Shown here: positions 1-9,733 of the stretch, piece after piece | How positions within the stretch are numbered: position 1 is the first letter of the stretch | Layout: the number at the start of each line of letters is the position of its first letter | Sequence record: SRR31156797_4473 | Reading direction: 5' to 3' (one strand) | Length of the DNA stretch: 64,000 bases | Notes under the pieces: generated by a model | Told to the model about the DNA's origin: nothing | What the model saw: the letters and a program-made list of their open reading frames with translations, nothing else | Database searches by the model: none | Made by a program: the position numbers and the translations under genes

Positions 1-4
1 CCGC

Positions 5-2965
5 ATGGTTGCCATGATGACCTCAAGCATTCCTTTGGCCATCGACAACAACGGCACTCCAGACCTGACGGCTGTTGATGATGGAATGCTTAAAAGACTT
101 GTGCAAACTCCTAAAGGCCCAATAGTAAGACAATTATATTCCCAGCAAGTTGATGCACACACCCTACAGGTCGCAGCAGCGTCTGGGCAGTCTCCCCCAG
201 CAAACCTACAGAAGCGACTCCAACAACCGGAATGGTCAGGCCCCCTACTGGTAACAGCAGCCCAGCTAGCTGTGGACCCTTCGATCAGAGGAAAGAATCA
301 GACAGACTTTGAGGGATTCAACCAAATCCTTACAAACTATGACACCGTACTTGATCAGGAACAACAAACGCAAGTCGCAACCCAAGCGGGAATACAACTA
401 GCTGGTTTCGAAGACAGTGAGCTCGGCGTAATGCTCATCCAGCGATTTAAGGGACTTTTTGGCGATAAATTATATACTGAAGTAATCAAACACCTTACCG
501 ACAAAAAACTGGCAACGCTCACCCAGCAAATGTACAGATTCGTGACAAACCAGGAATTGCTTCCAGAAGGTGAATCAAACCAAGAAGTTACTGCAGCCTA
601 TAAACGGCTTATGCAGACCGTTAAAAATGTAAAGATACAAACTGTTGTTGACATGCATCAGGAGCGACAGCAAAAAGAAGCTGAAAATAAGGCCGAAAAA
701 ATACTCAAAGGGATTAACGCCGTCCTTGCCAACGATACAAACCAATTAGCAGATAAAGATATTTGTCAGGAACTACCAAATGCTATTATTCAATTCATCA
801 AAGATGAGAAGAATATTGAAGCAGATACCCTGTTGATGCACACAGCCATCGCGATTCAATCAACCTCTGAGAAGATACGTATAAATGGAGCAGAATCCCT
901 TGCAGCCACAGCCCAAAAGCTGGCCGAGCACAAACAATGGGATCGCCTTGTCAAACTTCTTCCCGCTCTTGAGCAAGCGCTTCAGTTAGTTGCCACTGAC
1001 GAAACCAGCATAAAGAGAATAATCACTGCTGTTTCACAATTGGCTCATCATTTTCTCGAACAAGACAACTACGCTAAAGCCTTTGAAATCGTTCATGTCA
1101 TAAACCGAATTACCACCTCAACCGTTGGCATAACAGTCAGCGAAACAGTGCGAGAACATGGTGCTGCAGTTCTTGATCAAATCAGCTCCGATTCTATTCT
1201 TGAAAAACTGCTCGAAGCGTATCTGCATGATGAGGAAAAAAGAGAAACTGCTGGAAACCTGCTCACTGGTCTGGGCAAAAGATCGGCACGCTACCAGCTG
1301 CAGTATTTAATGAATAGTGAAAGTCGCTTTGAACGAAAACTGTTATTAAACCTGATTAAACAAACCGGCAATGCTGCCAAAGATATCCTTCTTGCGCAAA
1401 TTGAACAACCATCCCCTTGGTATGTTACCCGCAACATTGTTCGTTTGCTCGGTGAGATTGGCAGCCCCACGCTTATCCACGCCATCAAACCCTTTATCAA
1501 CCATCAGGATCTAAGGGTTCAGCAGGAAGTATTGAACACAGCTATCAAGCTTGGTGGAGATGAGACACCTGATTTCCTCAAACTGGCACTGTCGTCCATG
1601 GATGATGCGATTAAAATCAAAATTGTGCACCATATGGGCAATATCCCCGATGAGAGTTATGTCCGACCACTCACCGAGTTATTGGACCAAAATAAATCCA
1701 TGCAGGGAGGGAACAAAAATCTTTTCCAACTCGCTACCTGCAAAACTCTCGGTATTATTTGCTCCAGGCGTGCATTGCAAACATTACAAAGCGTTGCCCA
1801 AAGCAAGTCTGTCCTCGGCATAGCAGGTTATGCCGAAGAAGTCCGCGATGCTGCTGGTCAAACAGCACAACGCATCAGGGCACGGCTCTCCCAAGATAAA
1901 GGCCCTCAACTCCCAAGTAGTTCTACTATGCCCCCCCCCAATAACGAACAATCGCAGCCAATTTCCCAAGAACCTGCTCTAACAGATCAAGAAATCAATA
2001 TATTTAAAATGGTCGAACAGGGGAAAAAAGAGGAAGCCAAAGAAGCTCTCTTTGATTTGGTGACCGCAACCGCAAGGGGTGGAGATTTTCAAAACGCAGA
2101 GCGGTTGCGGGAACGCATCTACGAAATTGATCCCATGGCACTCAGTGAAATTATTCGTTCCGGCGAAATAATTGAACAGGAAAAAAATGGGGCTATAAAC
2201 CAAGACGATTTAAACACGTGGGCCCAGCTTACTGATGAACTCACATCTGCTGAGTTCCAGACTATCTACCATGAGCTGCGTGAACGCATATTTGCTCCGG
2301 AAGAATCGATCGTTAACCAAGGCGAACAAAACGATGAACTACTTCTCATAAATCAAGGAAGCATTAAAGCATCTCACCTGATTAACAACAAGGAGATCTT
2401 TATTACCAGCCTCGGTAGAGGAGAAATCATAGGTGAAAATTTTTTCACTCCTTCCATTTGGACTATCAATCTAACTGCTCTTACCCAGGCAAGAGTTTAC
2501 GTGCTAAAACAGGATCAACTGGCAAAATGGAAAGACCAATTCCCTGGGCTGGAGGATAAGCTGAAAAGCTTTTACAATAAAAACAATAAAGTTCCTGCGA
2601 TACTGAAGAAAAAAGGTTTGGAACGACGCCGGGATGAACGTTTCAAAATATCACGAAAAATACAGGTCCAACCCACAGACAGCAAAGGAAACCCCATAGG
2701 CCGAGGATTCAGGGCAGACATTATTGATATTTCAAAGGGCGGCCTGGCGTTTCTTATTCGTATCACAAAAAAAGAAAATGCCAAACTCTTGCTTGGGAGA
2801 AACCTACAGGTTGTGTTACCTGTTGGGGGAAAAGCCAACTATCTTTATCTCCAAGGAATTTCCATTGGAGTACAACCTTTTAATGTTTTTGAAAGTGATT
2901 ATGCAGTCCATTTTAAATTCCACGACCATTTGGATGCAGCCTCCCTGCAGCAAATACTTGGTTAG
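5..2965 (+). CDS. HEAT-repeat / cyclic-nucleotide-binding / PilZ multidomain protein (probably 5'-truncated by the window edge)
   Basis: 986-aa ORF. HEAT/PBS-lyase-like repeats (PWYVTRNIVRLLGEIG...HQDLRVQQEVL), cNMP-binding fold (IVNQGEQNDELLLINQG...LGRGEIIGE), C-terminal PilZ with ERRRDERF and DISKGG. The in-frame codon before ATG5 is CGC, so the frame is open upstream. Confidence 0.8.
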   Translation: MVAMMTSSIPLAIDNNGTPDLTAVDDGMLKRLVQTPKGPIVRQLYSQQVDAHTLQVAAASGQSPPANLQKRLQQPEWSGPLLVTAAQLAVDPSIRGKNQTDFEGFNQILTNYDTVLDQEQQTQVATQAGIQLAGFEDSELGVMLIQRFKGLFGDKLYTEVIKHLTDKKLATLTQQMYRFVTNQELLPEGESNQEVTAAYKRLMQTVKNVKIQTVVDMHQERQQKEAENKAEKILKGINAVLANDTNQLADKDICQELPNAIIQFIKDEKNIEADTLLMHTAIAIQSTSEKIRINGAESLAATAQKLAEHKQWDRLVKLLPALEQALQLVATDETSIKRIITAVSQLAHHFLEQDNYAKAFEIVHVINRITTSTVGITVSETVREHGAAVLDQISSDSILEKLLEAYLHDEEKRETAGNLLTGLGKRSARYQLQYLMNSESRFERKLLLNLIKQTGNAAKDILLAQIEQPSPWYVTRNIVRLLGEIGSPTLIHAIKPFINHQDLRVQQEVLNTAIKLGGDETPDFLKLALSSMDDAIKIKIVHHMGNIPDESYVRPLTELLDQNKSMQGGNKNLFQLATCKTLGIICSRRALQTLQSVAQSKSVLGIAGYAEEVRDAAGQTAQRIRARLSQDKGPQLPSSSTMPPPNNEQSQPISQEPALTDQEINIFKMVEQGKKEEAKEALFDLVTATARGGDFQNAERLRERIYEIDPMALSEIIRSGEIIEQEKNGAINQDDLNTWAQLTDELTSAEFQTIYHELRERIFAPEESIVNQGEQNDELLLINQGSIKASHLINNKEIFITSLGRGEIIGENFFTPSIWTINLTALTQARVYVLKQDQLAKWKDQFPGLEDKLKSFYNKNNKVPAILKKKGLERRRDERFKISRKIQVQPTDSKGNPIGRGFRADIIDISKGGLAFLIRITKKENAKLLLGRNLQVVLPVGGKANYLYLQGISIGVQPFNVFESDYAVHFKFHDHLDAASLQQILG

Positions 2966-3174
2966 CCGTCGATAATTCTAAAAAATAAATGTGCAGAGTA
3001 TTAACCGACCTCATCTTTCCTTTTCCAGTGGTTCTAGCTCTATCATCGATTTTTGTAATTGCCAGCTACAGCTCGTAATCCATTGCCGTCACAGTCTCTA
3101 GTTCATCATTGCTCATCACCCTTCTTTTTGTATGAATGCAAAGAGATAAAGATTACTTAACAAGAGGTAGCACT

Positions 3175-4947
3175 ATGCCTGATGCAGTAAGTCGATTTTA
3201 CAGGCAATATTTCCCAGAGACACCTATTACCAATCACATGCTGCAGGTAGTCTGTCCATTTTGCAAAAGGCAGCCTAAAAAAAACCCTAGTACGTTAACC
3301 ATTCTGCTCAATGAAGAGAGCTTTTTCCACGGGTATTTCTGGTGCAAGCATCGTTGCTGCAGTGGTGGATTTCCTCTGTACTTTGCAAAACTCAAAGGAA
3401 TAAGCTTAGATCACGTTCCTGGTTTTGATCCTGATCGTGAATATTTTGGTCAGGACATCGACTTTCCGGCCAGAAATATAAACCAGGATATTATTGATTT
3501 TACAGAAAAACTCACCCCGGAGTTAATAAGCAGCTTCCAGGATCTGACTATTTCCCAAGCAGTACTGGAAGAAATGAAAATCGGCTACAACGGGCGTTAC
3601 CTTGTCTACCCGTATATCCAAAGAGATGACAACTATTATACTGCACGTTGTGTCCACCCTGACAAGGAGGGGGACAACTTCTGGTACGGAAACGAACAGT
3701 TTACCACCACTCAATTCCATATTTTCAATCGTAAAGAGATTGATCGCTGCGAAAACGGAAGTTTGATCATCGTTGAAGGTGAAAAGAACATGCTGACCCT
3801 AAAAAAGTTAGGCCTCCCCTGTATCGCCGTTCCATCTGCAGCAGACCTGGAACACATTGATGAGAGGCAACTCCAGTGGTTACGGACTATTTTTCTATGG
3901 GTAAACAACACGGCTGAATCTCTTACAGCTGCACGTTCTTTTGCCACCATAATCGGCTATAAAATACGTCTTGTTACCTGGCAGGTAGAGCATCCTCGTA
4001 AATATTCACTTTCTGCCATGGCTCTTGATCGCGGCAAAGCTTTTCACCAAGTTGTGTTTACCATGCTGCACAAGGCGCGTGCGTTTTCACCCTTTGCAAC
4101 CCCTCACCGAGAATATTACCTTTTCAACAAACTGCTAGGTAACGATTCTGACCCGGAGCGACGTACTATTAGCACAGGATTTCCACTGCTTGATAAAACT
4201 TTTGGGGAACTACGTGGAATAAACATTATGGGTGGTACGCCAAAGGCTGGTAAATCTTGTTTGTTCATCCAAGTTGCTACCGAGATGGCATCTCGTAAAA
4301 TACCGGTGATTTACTACGATTTTGAAAACGGCAAACAGAAAATATACCTTCGTACTCTCTCTCGATGGAGCAGAGTGTCAACAGAATCACTTCTCCGGGG
4401 TAATCTCAATCAAGAAGAACTTGCCAGGGTGGAAAGAGCTAAGAAAAAACTCAAAGGGACGTTACGCTGGTTTCGGGTGGTCAATGACCGTCACCTAACC
4501 CCAGAACTCATGCGGCGCCATATTGATTTCTTACGCAGAGAGACCAACGGAGAACGGGTTGTTGTCATCATAGACAGTCTGCACAAACTCCCTTTTAAAG
4601 ACCTGACCAAGAAACGATCCGGCATTGATAGCTGGTTACGTCATATGGAAGCGATCCGGGATGAACTGCAGGTTTCGTTCCTTGTCATATCAGAACTAGC
4701 CCGCGGTCAAGATGGTCAGTTTGAGCACCAGCCGCAGTTGGGCTCTTTCAAGGGATCGGGTGACATTGCCTATTCAGCAGATAATGCACTTATTTTTTTG
4801 CCGCAGTGGGATCCTTTTGACAATACCCCACCTGAAACCAGGATAAATAACTTATGGATGGTAGCAAGCCGTGAACAAAGTCCTGGCAAAATAGCAGAGT
4901 ACCGCCTTGACTACCCTTACTGGGGATTTGTTGAAGGGCAGGGATAG
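3175..4947 (+). CDS. Twinkle/T7 gp4-like primase-helicase architecture (Zn finger + degenerate TOPRIM + DnaB-like SF4 helicase)
   Basis: CPFC...FWCKHRCC Zn-binding region; IIVEGEKN TOPRIM motif; Walker A GTPKAGKS, YYDFEN, IIDSLH, ISELAR, FKGSGDIAYSADN helicase motifs. Start moved from 3136 to ATG3175, which follows an AGAGGT RBS. Confidence 0.8.
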   Translation: MPDAVSRFYRQYFPETPITNHMLQVVCPFCKRQPKKNPSTLTILLNEESFFHGYFWCKHRCCSGGFPLYFAKLKGISLDHVPGFDPDREYFGQDIDFPARNINQDIIDFTEKLTPELISSFQDLTISQAVLEEMKIGYNGRYLVYPYIQRDDNYYTARCVHPDKEGDNFWYGNEQFTTTQFHIFNRKEIDRCENGSLIIVEGEKNMLTLKKLGLPCIAVPSAADLEHIDERQLQWLRTIFLWVNNTAESLTAARSFATIIGYKIRLVTWQVEHPRKYSLSAMALDRGKAFHQVVFTMLHKARAFSPFATPHREYYLFNKLLGNDSDPERRTISTGFPLLDKTFGELRGINIMGGTPKAGKSCLFIQVATEMASRKIPVIYYDFENGKQKIYLRTLSRWSRVSTESLLRGNLNQEELARVERAKKKLKGTLRWFRVVNDRHLTPELMRRHIDFLRRETNGERVVVIIDSLHKLPFKDLTKKRSGIDSWLRHMEAIRDELQVSFLVISELARGQDGQFEHQPQLGSFKGSGDIAYSADNALIFLPQWDPFDNTPPETRINNLWMVASREQSPGKIAEYRLDYPYWGFVEGQG

Positions 4948-4948
4948 T

Positions 4949-5085
4949 GTTCTATTCAGCAGCACCACCACGGACACGGAACCTGCATTACCCCTGCAAA
5001 ACCTGCTTGTCCGTGTCTGGGTTACTGCTGAGCAGGTACAGATGAGGGGTAAGGCGGGGTTATTTGTTATTCGCAGGACTGTTAC
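4949..5085 (+). repeat. Dispersed intergenic hairpin repeat, copy B
   Basis: 5002-5085 aligns ungapped with 32208-32291 (61/84 identical by manual count). CTATTCAGCAGCACC at 4952-4966 is identical to 54292-54306. Internal stem cacggaca/tgtccgtg. Confidence 0.75.
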
Positions 5086-5112
5086 TCTCCTGCACAGTTA
5101 AAATCTACCTCG

Positions 5113-6426
5113 CTACCAGGTTTGCCGCCACTTTTCCAATAACTCCAAGGCTCCCTTTGCACGGTAGGCCCCCCTCTCTCTCTTACGCATTTTTTTGCCT
5201 AGCGGTGGAAACAGGCCAAAGTTGACATTGCTTGGTTGAAAATATCGACCATCTGAGGTGGTCAGGTGATGCAGCAAAGCACCAAATGCAGTTGCAGAGG
5301 GAGGAGGTGCTGGCACCGAGCCATTTGTAACCAGGCCTGCAGCATTTATTCCAGCTAGCAGCCCCATTGCAGCACTTTCAACGTATCCTTCCACACCAGA
5401 TAACTGTCCCGCTATAAACAATCCGGATACACTTTTCATCTGCAGGGAGTTGTCAAGCAAATCAGGCGCACAAATGAAAGTGTTGCGATGAATCGATCCC
5501 AGTCGTAAAAATTCGGCTTGCTCAAGCCCTGGTATCATGCGGAAAACACGCTGCTGTTCACCATATTTCAACTTGGTCTGAAAGCCGACCATGTTATACA
5601 TAGTGCCTTCACGATTTTCTGCACGGAGCTGTACTACCGCATAGGGAACCTCGCCAGTTTCAGGATGGGCAAGCCCAACCGGTTTCATCGGACCGTAACG
5701 AAGAGTGTCAGCACCTCTACTGGCCATAACTTCAATGGGGAGGCAGCCCTCAAAATATTTTTCTTTTTCAAATGCTTGCAAAGGTACCATTTCTGCCTCC
5801 AGTAATGAGGTCAAAAAATGATGATACTCTTCTTCTGTGAACGGACAATTGAGGTAGTCCCCTGGCCCTTCGTCGTCCCAACGGGATTTTCTATAGACAT
5901 GATCCCAATTGAGACTTTCTGCATCTATAATAGGGGCAATAGCATCATAAAAGGCTAGTTTTTCTCCAGTAAGTTCCAGCAAACAGGAGGAGAGAGAAGC
6001 AGAAGTCAGAGGACCAGTTGCTAAAATTACAGGATTAAGACTGGAGTCCGGAAGGGAAACCATCTCCTCCCTACAGAGAGTAACAGCGGGATGTTTTTCG
6101 ATGGCTTCTGTCATGTGCCGGGCAAACCTATTCCTATCCACTGCCAGCGCCTTACCAGCAGGGACCATGGTCGCATCAGCAGCAGTCATGGTCAACGATC
6201 CAAGACGGCGCATTTCTTCTTTTAACAGGCCCACTGCAGAGTCTACTGCATTTGAGCGAAAGGAATTAGAGCAGACAAGTTCCCCCAACTGCTCAGATTC
6301 ATGTGCAGGGCTAAAAAGAGAAGGCTTCATTTCATACAGAACAACCTCTACCCCTCTCTGAGCCAACTGCCAGGATGCTTCACATCCTGCCAGCCCTCCA
6401 CCAATTACGATTACTTTTTTTGTCAT
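5113..6426 (-). CDS. trmFO: Methylenetetrahydrofolate--tRNA-(uracil-5-)-methyltransferase TrmFO
   Basis: [14 protein letters not shown] motif, [19 protein letters not shown] motif, [10 protein letters not shown]. Start ATG6426 overlaps the upstream stop (ATGA). Confidence 0.95.
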   Translation of the reverse strand: MTKKVIVIGGGLAGCEASWQLAQRGVEVVLYEMKPSLFSPAHESEQLGELVCSNSFRSNAVDSAVGLLKEEMRRLGSLTMTAADATMVPAGKALAVDRNRFARHMTEAIEKHPAVTLCREEMVSLPDSSLNPVILATGPLTSASLSSCLLELTGEKLAFYDAIAPIIDAESLNWDHVYRKSRWDDEGPGDYLNCPFTEEEYHHFLTSLLEAEMVPLQAFEKEKYFEGCLPIEVMASRGADTLRYGPMKPVGLAHPETGEVPYAVVQLRAENREGTMYNMVGFQTKLKYGEQQRVFRMIPGLEQAEFLRLGSIHRNTFICAPDLLDNSLQMKSVSGLFIAGQLSGVEGYVESAAMGLLAGINAAGLVTNGSVPAPPPSATAFGALLHHLTTSDGRYFQPSNVNFGLFPPLGKKMRKRERGAYRAKGALELLEKWRQTW

Positions 6427-6947
6427 CTGTCGATCTTTACCTCTACCTTTTGACGTCCCCACTTCAGGGCCTGTTGGTGTGACTCAAAATACAAATCGAG
6501 GCGGGTCGGTCCTTTGATTGCTCCGCCTCGGTCTGTGACTACTCCCCATCCATACCCAGGAACAAACATCCTGGTCCCAAATGGGTAATACTTAGTATCA
6601 GCCGCAATTGTCCCGTCTCGATGAAACCACAGCCATGGCAAGACAATTCGCACCGGAATCATCCAGGGATGGACAAGACTGTCCTGGGAGAGTAGTCCTG
6701 GGATAGGTTCTACCGGTACTGTAGAGGCAGCAGTTTTTCCGTTATACACCATGCCTTTACGTTCACCAACACTCACATACTTGTTCCAGAAATCAAGCTT
6801 GAGAAACATCCACCGGCCCCTTTCCCAGGAACAACACTTACCACATCCGCAATAGGCAGTAGTTTCCATGATCCGGGTTTCGTAGCCAGCACAACTGGAC
6901 AGGACCACGATGAGCCCCAAAAAAAGAAAAAAAACGGGAAAACGCAT
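6423..6947 (-). CDS. 3D-domain (MltA/3D-type) lipoprotein
   Basis: Lipobox LSSC after a hydrophobic leader; [31 protein letters not shown] 3D motifs. Start taken at ATG6947 (MRFPVFF). Confidence 0.8.
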   Translation of the reverse strand: MRFPVFFLFLGLIVVLSSCAGYETRIMETTAYCGCGKCCSWERGRWMFLKLDFWNKYVSVGERKGMVYNGKTAASTVPVEPIPGLLSQDSLVHPWMIPVRIVLPWLWFHRDGTIAADTKYYPFGTRMFVPGYGWGVVTDRGGAIKGPTRLDLYFESHQQALKWGRQKVEVKIDR

Positions 6948-6949
6948 AT

Positions 6950-6983
6950 AAAAAAAGGGCAGAATGCCTGAAGCATTCTGCCC
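6950..6983 (-). terminator. Rho-independent terminator after ahcY
   Basis: Perfect 11-bp stem gggcagaatgc/gcattctgccc (6957-6983) followed on the minus strand by a T-tract. Confidence 0.75.
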
Positions 6984-6999
6984 GTAAAGAAAAGCCTGG

Positions 7000-8286
7000 T
7001 TAGTATCTGTAATACTCGGGCTTGAACGGACCATCTACGGTCACACCAATATATTCAGCCTGCTCCTGGGTCAACTCGGTAAGTGTCGCTCCAATTTTCT
7101 TCAAATGCAACAGTGCGACCTTTTCATCGAGTTCTTTAGGTAGAAAATAAACTTTATTCTCGTACTTTTCTCCACTGTTCCATAATTCGATCTGAGCAAG
7201 GACCTGGTTGGCAAAGGAATTACTCATGACAAAACTTGGGTGACCAGTGGCGCAACCGAGATTTACCAGTCGTCCTTCAGCAAGAATAATCAATCGTTTA
7301 CCATCAGGAAAAATGACATGGTCAACCTGGGGCTTGATGTTCTCCCATTCCAACTCACGGATACCAGCGATATCGATCTCTGAGTCAAAGTGACCAATGT
7401 TGCATACAATGGCCTGGTCTTTCATCATATCCATGTGGGCCCTGCTGATAACCCTTAAATTACCGGTACAGGTAACAAAAATTTCACCTACAGCTGCTGC
7501 CTCTTCCATGGTTACCACCCGGTAACCTTCCATGGCCGCCTGCAACGCGCAGATAGGATCGATTTCCGTTACCAGGACAGTGGCTCCCATGCCGCGCAGT
7601 GCCTGTGCACAACCTTTACCGACATCACCGTACCCTGCAACTACACCAATTTTACCTGCGACCATAACATCGGTGGCGCGCTTGATACCATCGAGTAATG
7701 ACTCTCGACACCCGTACAGGTTGTCAAATTTTGATTTGGTAACCGAGTCATTTACATTAATAGCAGGCGAAAGTAGTTGCCCTTCCTGGGCCATCTCATT
7801 AAGCCGCAGAACCCCGGTAGTTGTTTCTTCCGAAATACCACGCACATCCTTCATCAATTCAGGATATTTCTGGTGCATGAGAAGTGTCAGATCACCGCCA
7901 TCATCAAGAATCATATTGGGCCTCCAGTCATCAGGCCCAAAAATAGTCTGTTCAATGCACCACCAGAATTCTTCTTCGGTCTCCCCTTTCCATGCAAAGG
8001 TCGGAATTCCTGCAGCCGCCACTGCTGCTGCTGCGTGGTCCTGGGTGGAAAAAATATTACACGAAGACCAGCGTAATTCAGCCCCTAAGTCAACCAGAGT
8101 TTCCATTAAAACCGCTGTTTGAATGGTCATATGCAGACAGCCGCCGATGCGTGCCCCTGCAAGCGGTTTTCTATTTTTATACTCTTCCCGCAAGGCCATC
8201 AAGCCTGGCATTTCGGTCTCGGCAATGGCAATTTCCTTCCTGCCCCACTCGACAAGACTCATGTCTGCAACTTTATAATCGGTCAT
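7000..8286 (-). CDS. ahcY: Adenosylhomocysteinase (SAH hydrolase)
   Basis: [52 protein letters not shown]. Confidence 0.98.
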   Translation of the reverse strand: MTDYKVADMSLVEWGRKEIAIAETEMPGLMALREEYKNRKPLAGARIGGCLHMTIQTAVLMETLVDLGAELRWSSCNIFSTQDHAAAAVAAAGIPTFAWKGETEEEFWWCIEQTIFGPDDWRPNMILDDGGDLTLLMHQKYPELMKDVRGISEETTTGVLRLNEMAQEGQLLSPAINVNDSVTKSKFDNLYGCRESLLDGIKRATDVMVAGKIGVVAGYGDVGKGCAQALRGMGATVLVTEIDPICALQAAMEGYRVVTMEEAAAVGEIFVTCTGNLRVISRAHMDMMKDQAIVCNIGHFDSEIDIAGIRELEWENIKPQVDHVIFPDGKRLIILAEGRLVNLGCATGHPSFVMSNSFANQVLAQIELWNSGEKYENKVYFLPKELDEKVALLHLKKIGATLTELTQEQAEYIGVTVDGPFKPEYYRY

Positions 8287-8356
8287 ACATTACTCCTGCA
8301 TTTTTTCAAAAAATGCGTCATCAATTCTAAATTCAAGACTCAACTACATCCAAGGA

Positions 8357-9520
8357 CTATAACCCTGCTGCATCCCTAAGTGCTTCGACCTTATCGGTTG
8401 CCTCCCAGGTAAACTCCGGAAGTTCACGACCAAAGTGGCCATAGGCCGCAGTTTTCATATAAATGGGCCGCAAGAGGTCAAGCTGTTGAACAATAGCCTT
8501 TGGCCGCAGGTCAAATACCTGGCGAATCACCTCTATCAACTTTTCTTCACTTATCTTACCGGTTCCAAATGTCTTTGCGTTAATGGATACCGGTTGTGAG
8601 ATACCAATAGCGTAGGCTACCTGCACTTCGACTTCACTAGCAAGACCAGCGGCAACTATATTCTTGGCAACATACCGTCCCATATATGCAGAAGACCTAT
8701 CGACTTTGGACGGATCCTTACCGGAAAAAGCACCGCCACCGTGAGAACCACGCCCGCCATACGAATCAACAATTATCTTCCGCCCTGTAAGACCGCAATC
8801 CCCAACAGGTCCACCGATTACAAACCGACCAGTGGGATTAATGAAGTATTTAGTATCTGCATCTATCATATTGGCAGGAAGAATAGGTTTGATAATCTCT
8901 TCCATAACCCCTTCTTTCAAATCTGCATGGGTAATATCCGGAGCGTGCTGGGTGGAAAGAACAACAGCTTCTATCCTTTTTGCAATATTATTTTCATATT
9001 CAATGGTCACCTGGCTCTTTGCATCTGGTCGCAGCCACGGTAAAACTCCGGCCTTACGCACCTCGGCCTGCCGCTTTACCAGGCGATGGGCATAGGTAAT
9101 AGTCATGGGCATTAAAACATCTGTTTCGTCACATGCATAGCCGAACATAAGCCCCTGATCGCCAGCGCCCTGATCCAAGTCAAGCCCAGATCCTTCGTCA
9201 ACCCCAACAGCGATGTCAGCCGACTGTTTGTCAATGGAGGTCATAACCGCACAGGATTGCCAGTCAAATCCCATGTCTGAAGAATTATAACCGATTTCTC
9301 GTATGGTCTGACGAACGATTTCAGGCATATCCACCCAGGCAGAGGTAGTAATTTCTCCTGCAATCAGGGCCATTCCGGTTGTAACAAGGCTCTCACAGGC
9401 AACACGAGAATACTTATCCTGAGTGAGAATAGCATCTAAAATGGCATCAGAAATTTGATCAGCTACTTTATCCGGATGCCCTTCAGATACCGATTCAGAT
9501 GTAAACAAATGATTTGACAT
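8357..9520 (-). CDS. metK: S-adenosylmethionine synthetase
   Basis: [35 protein letters not shown]. Confidence 0.98.
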   Translation of the reverse strand: MSNHLFTSESVSEGHPDKVADQISDAILDAILTQDKYSRVACESLVTTGMALIAGEITTSAWVDMPEIVRQTIREIGYNSSDMGFDWQSCAVMTSIDKQSADIAVGVDEGSGLDLDQGAGDQGLMFGYACDETDVLMPMTITYAHRLVKRQAEVRKAGVLPWLRPDAKSQVTIEYENNIAKRIEAVVLSTQHAPDITHADLKEGVMEEIIKPILPANMIDADTKYFINPTGRFVIGGPVGDCGLTGRKIIVDSYGGRGSHGGGAFSGKDPSKVDRSSAYMGRYVAKNIVAAGLASEVEVQVAYAIGISQPVSINAKTFGTGKISEEKLIEVIRQVFDLRPKAIVQQLDLLRPIYMKTAAYGHFGRELPEFTWEATDKVEALRDAAGL

Positions 9521-9733
9521 ATAATTTACTCCTTAAGGAGATAATTGAGTTTAGACTGTCCTTCTAGTATTGCATATATAAAGGTCGTAGATACTACATC
9601 GTTATCCTTTTCAATTCAACTTAAATATATTGGAATTGCGTTAATATTTGCACATTGCATGGCCTTTAACAAGGTCCCGTTTAAAGAAAAACAAGTGCAG
9701 AAAATGCGTCATTCTCTACCTGCTCAAGATGAC

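Noticed and set aside
3136..4947. Prophage or plasmid remnant around the primase-helicase
   Set aside because: No integrase, structural genes, att-like repeats or small phage-like ORFs nearby; the flanks are a signalling gene and trmFO.
4907..5101. 64-aa ORF after the helicase; likewise ORFs 31797-32102, 32050-32388, 53654-53941 and 53866-54063
   Set aside because: They run through the hairpin repeats or promoter gaps and lack RBS or protein-like motifs.
8100..8140. Idea that AhcY is an S-inosylhomocysteine hydrolase working with MtaD
   Set aside because: The enzyme has the canonical SAH-type HMTIQT signature, and the two genes are more than 50 kb apart.
9521..9733. SAM/SAH riboswitch upstream of metK-ahcY
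   Set aside because: AT-rich region with no recognisable SAM-I/II or SAH consensus elements by eye.
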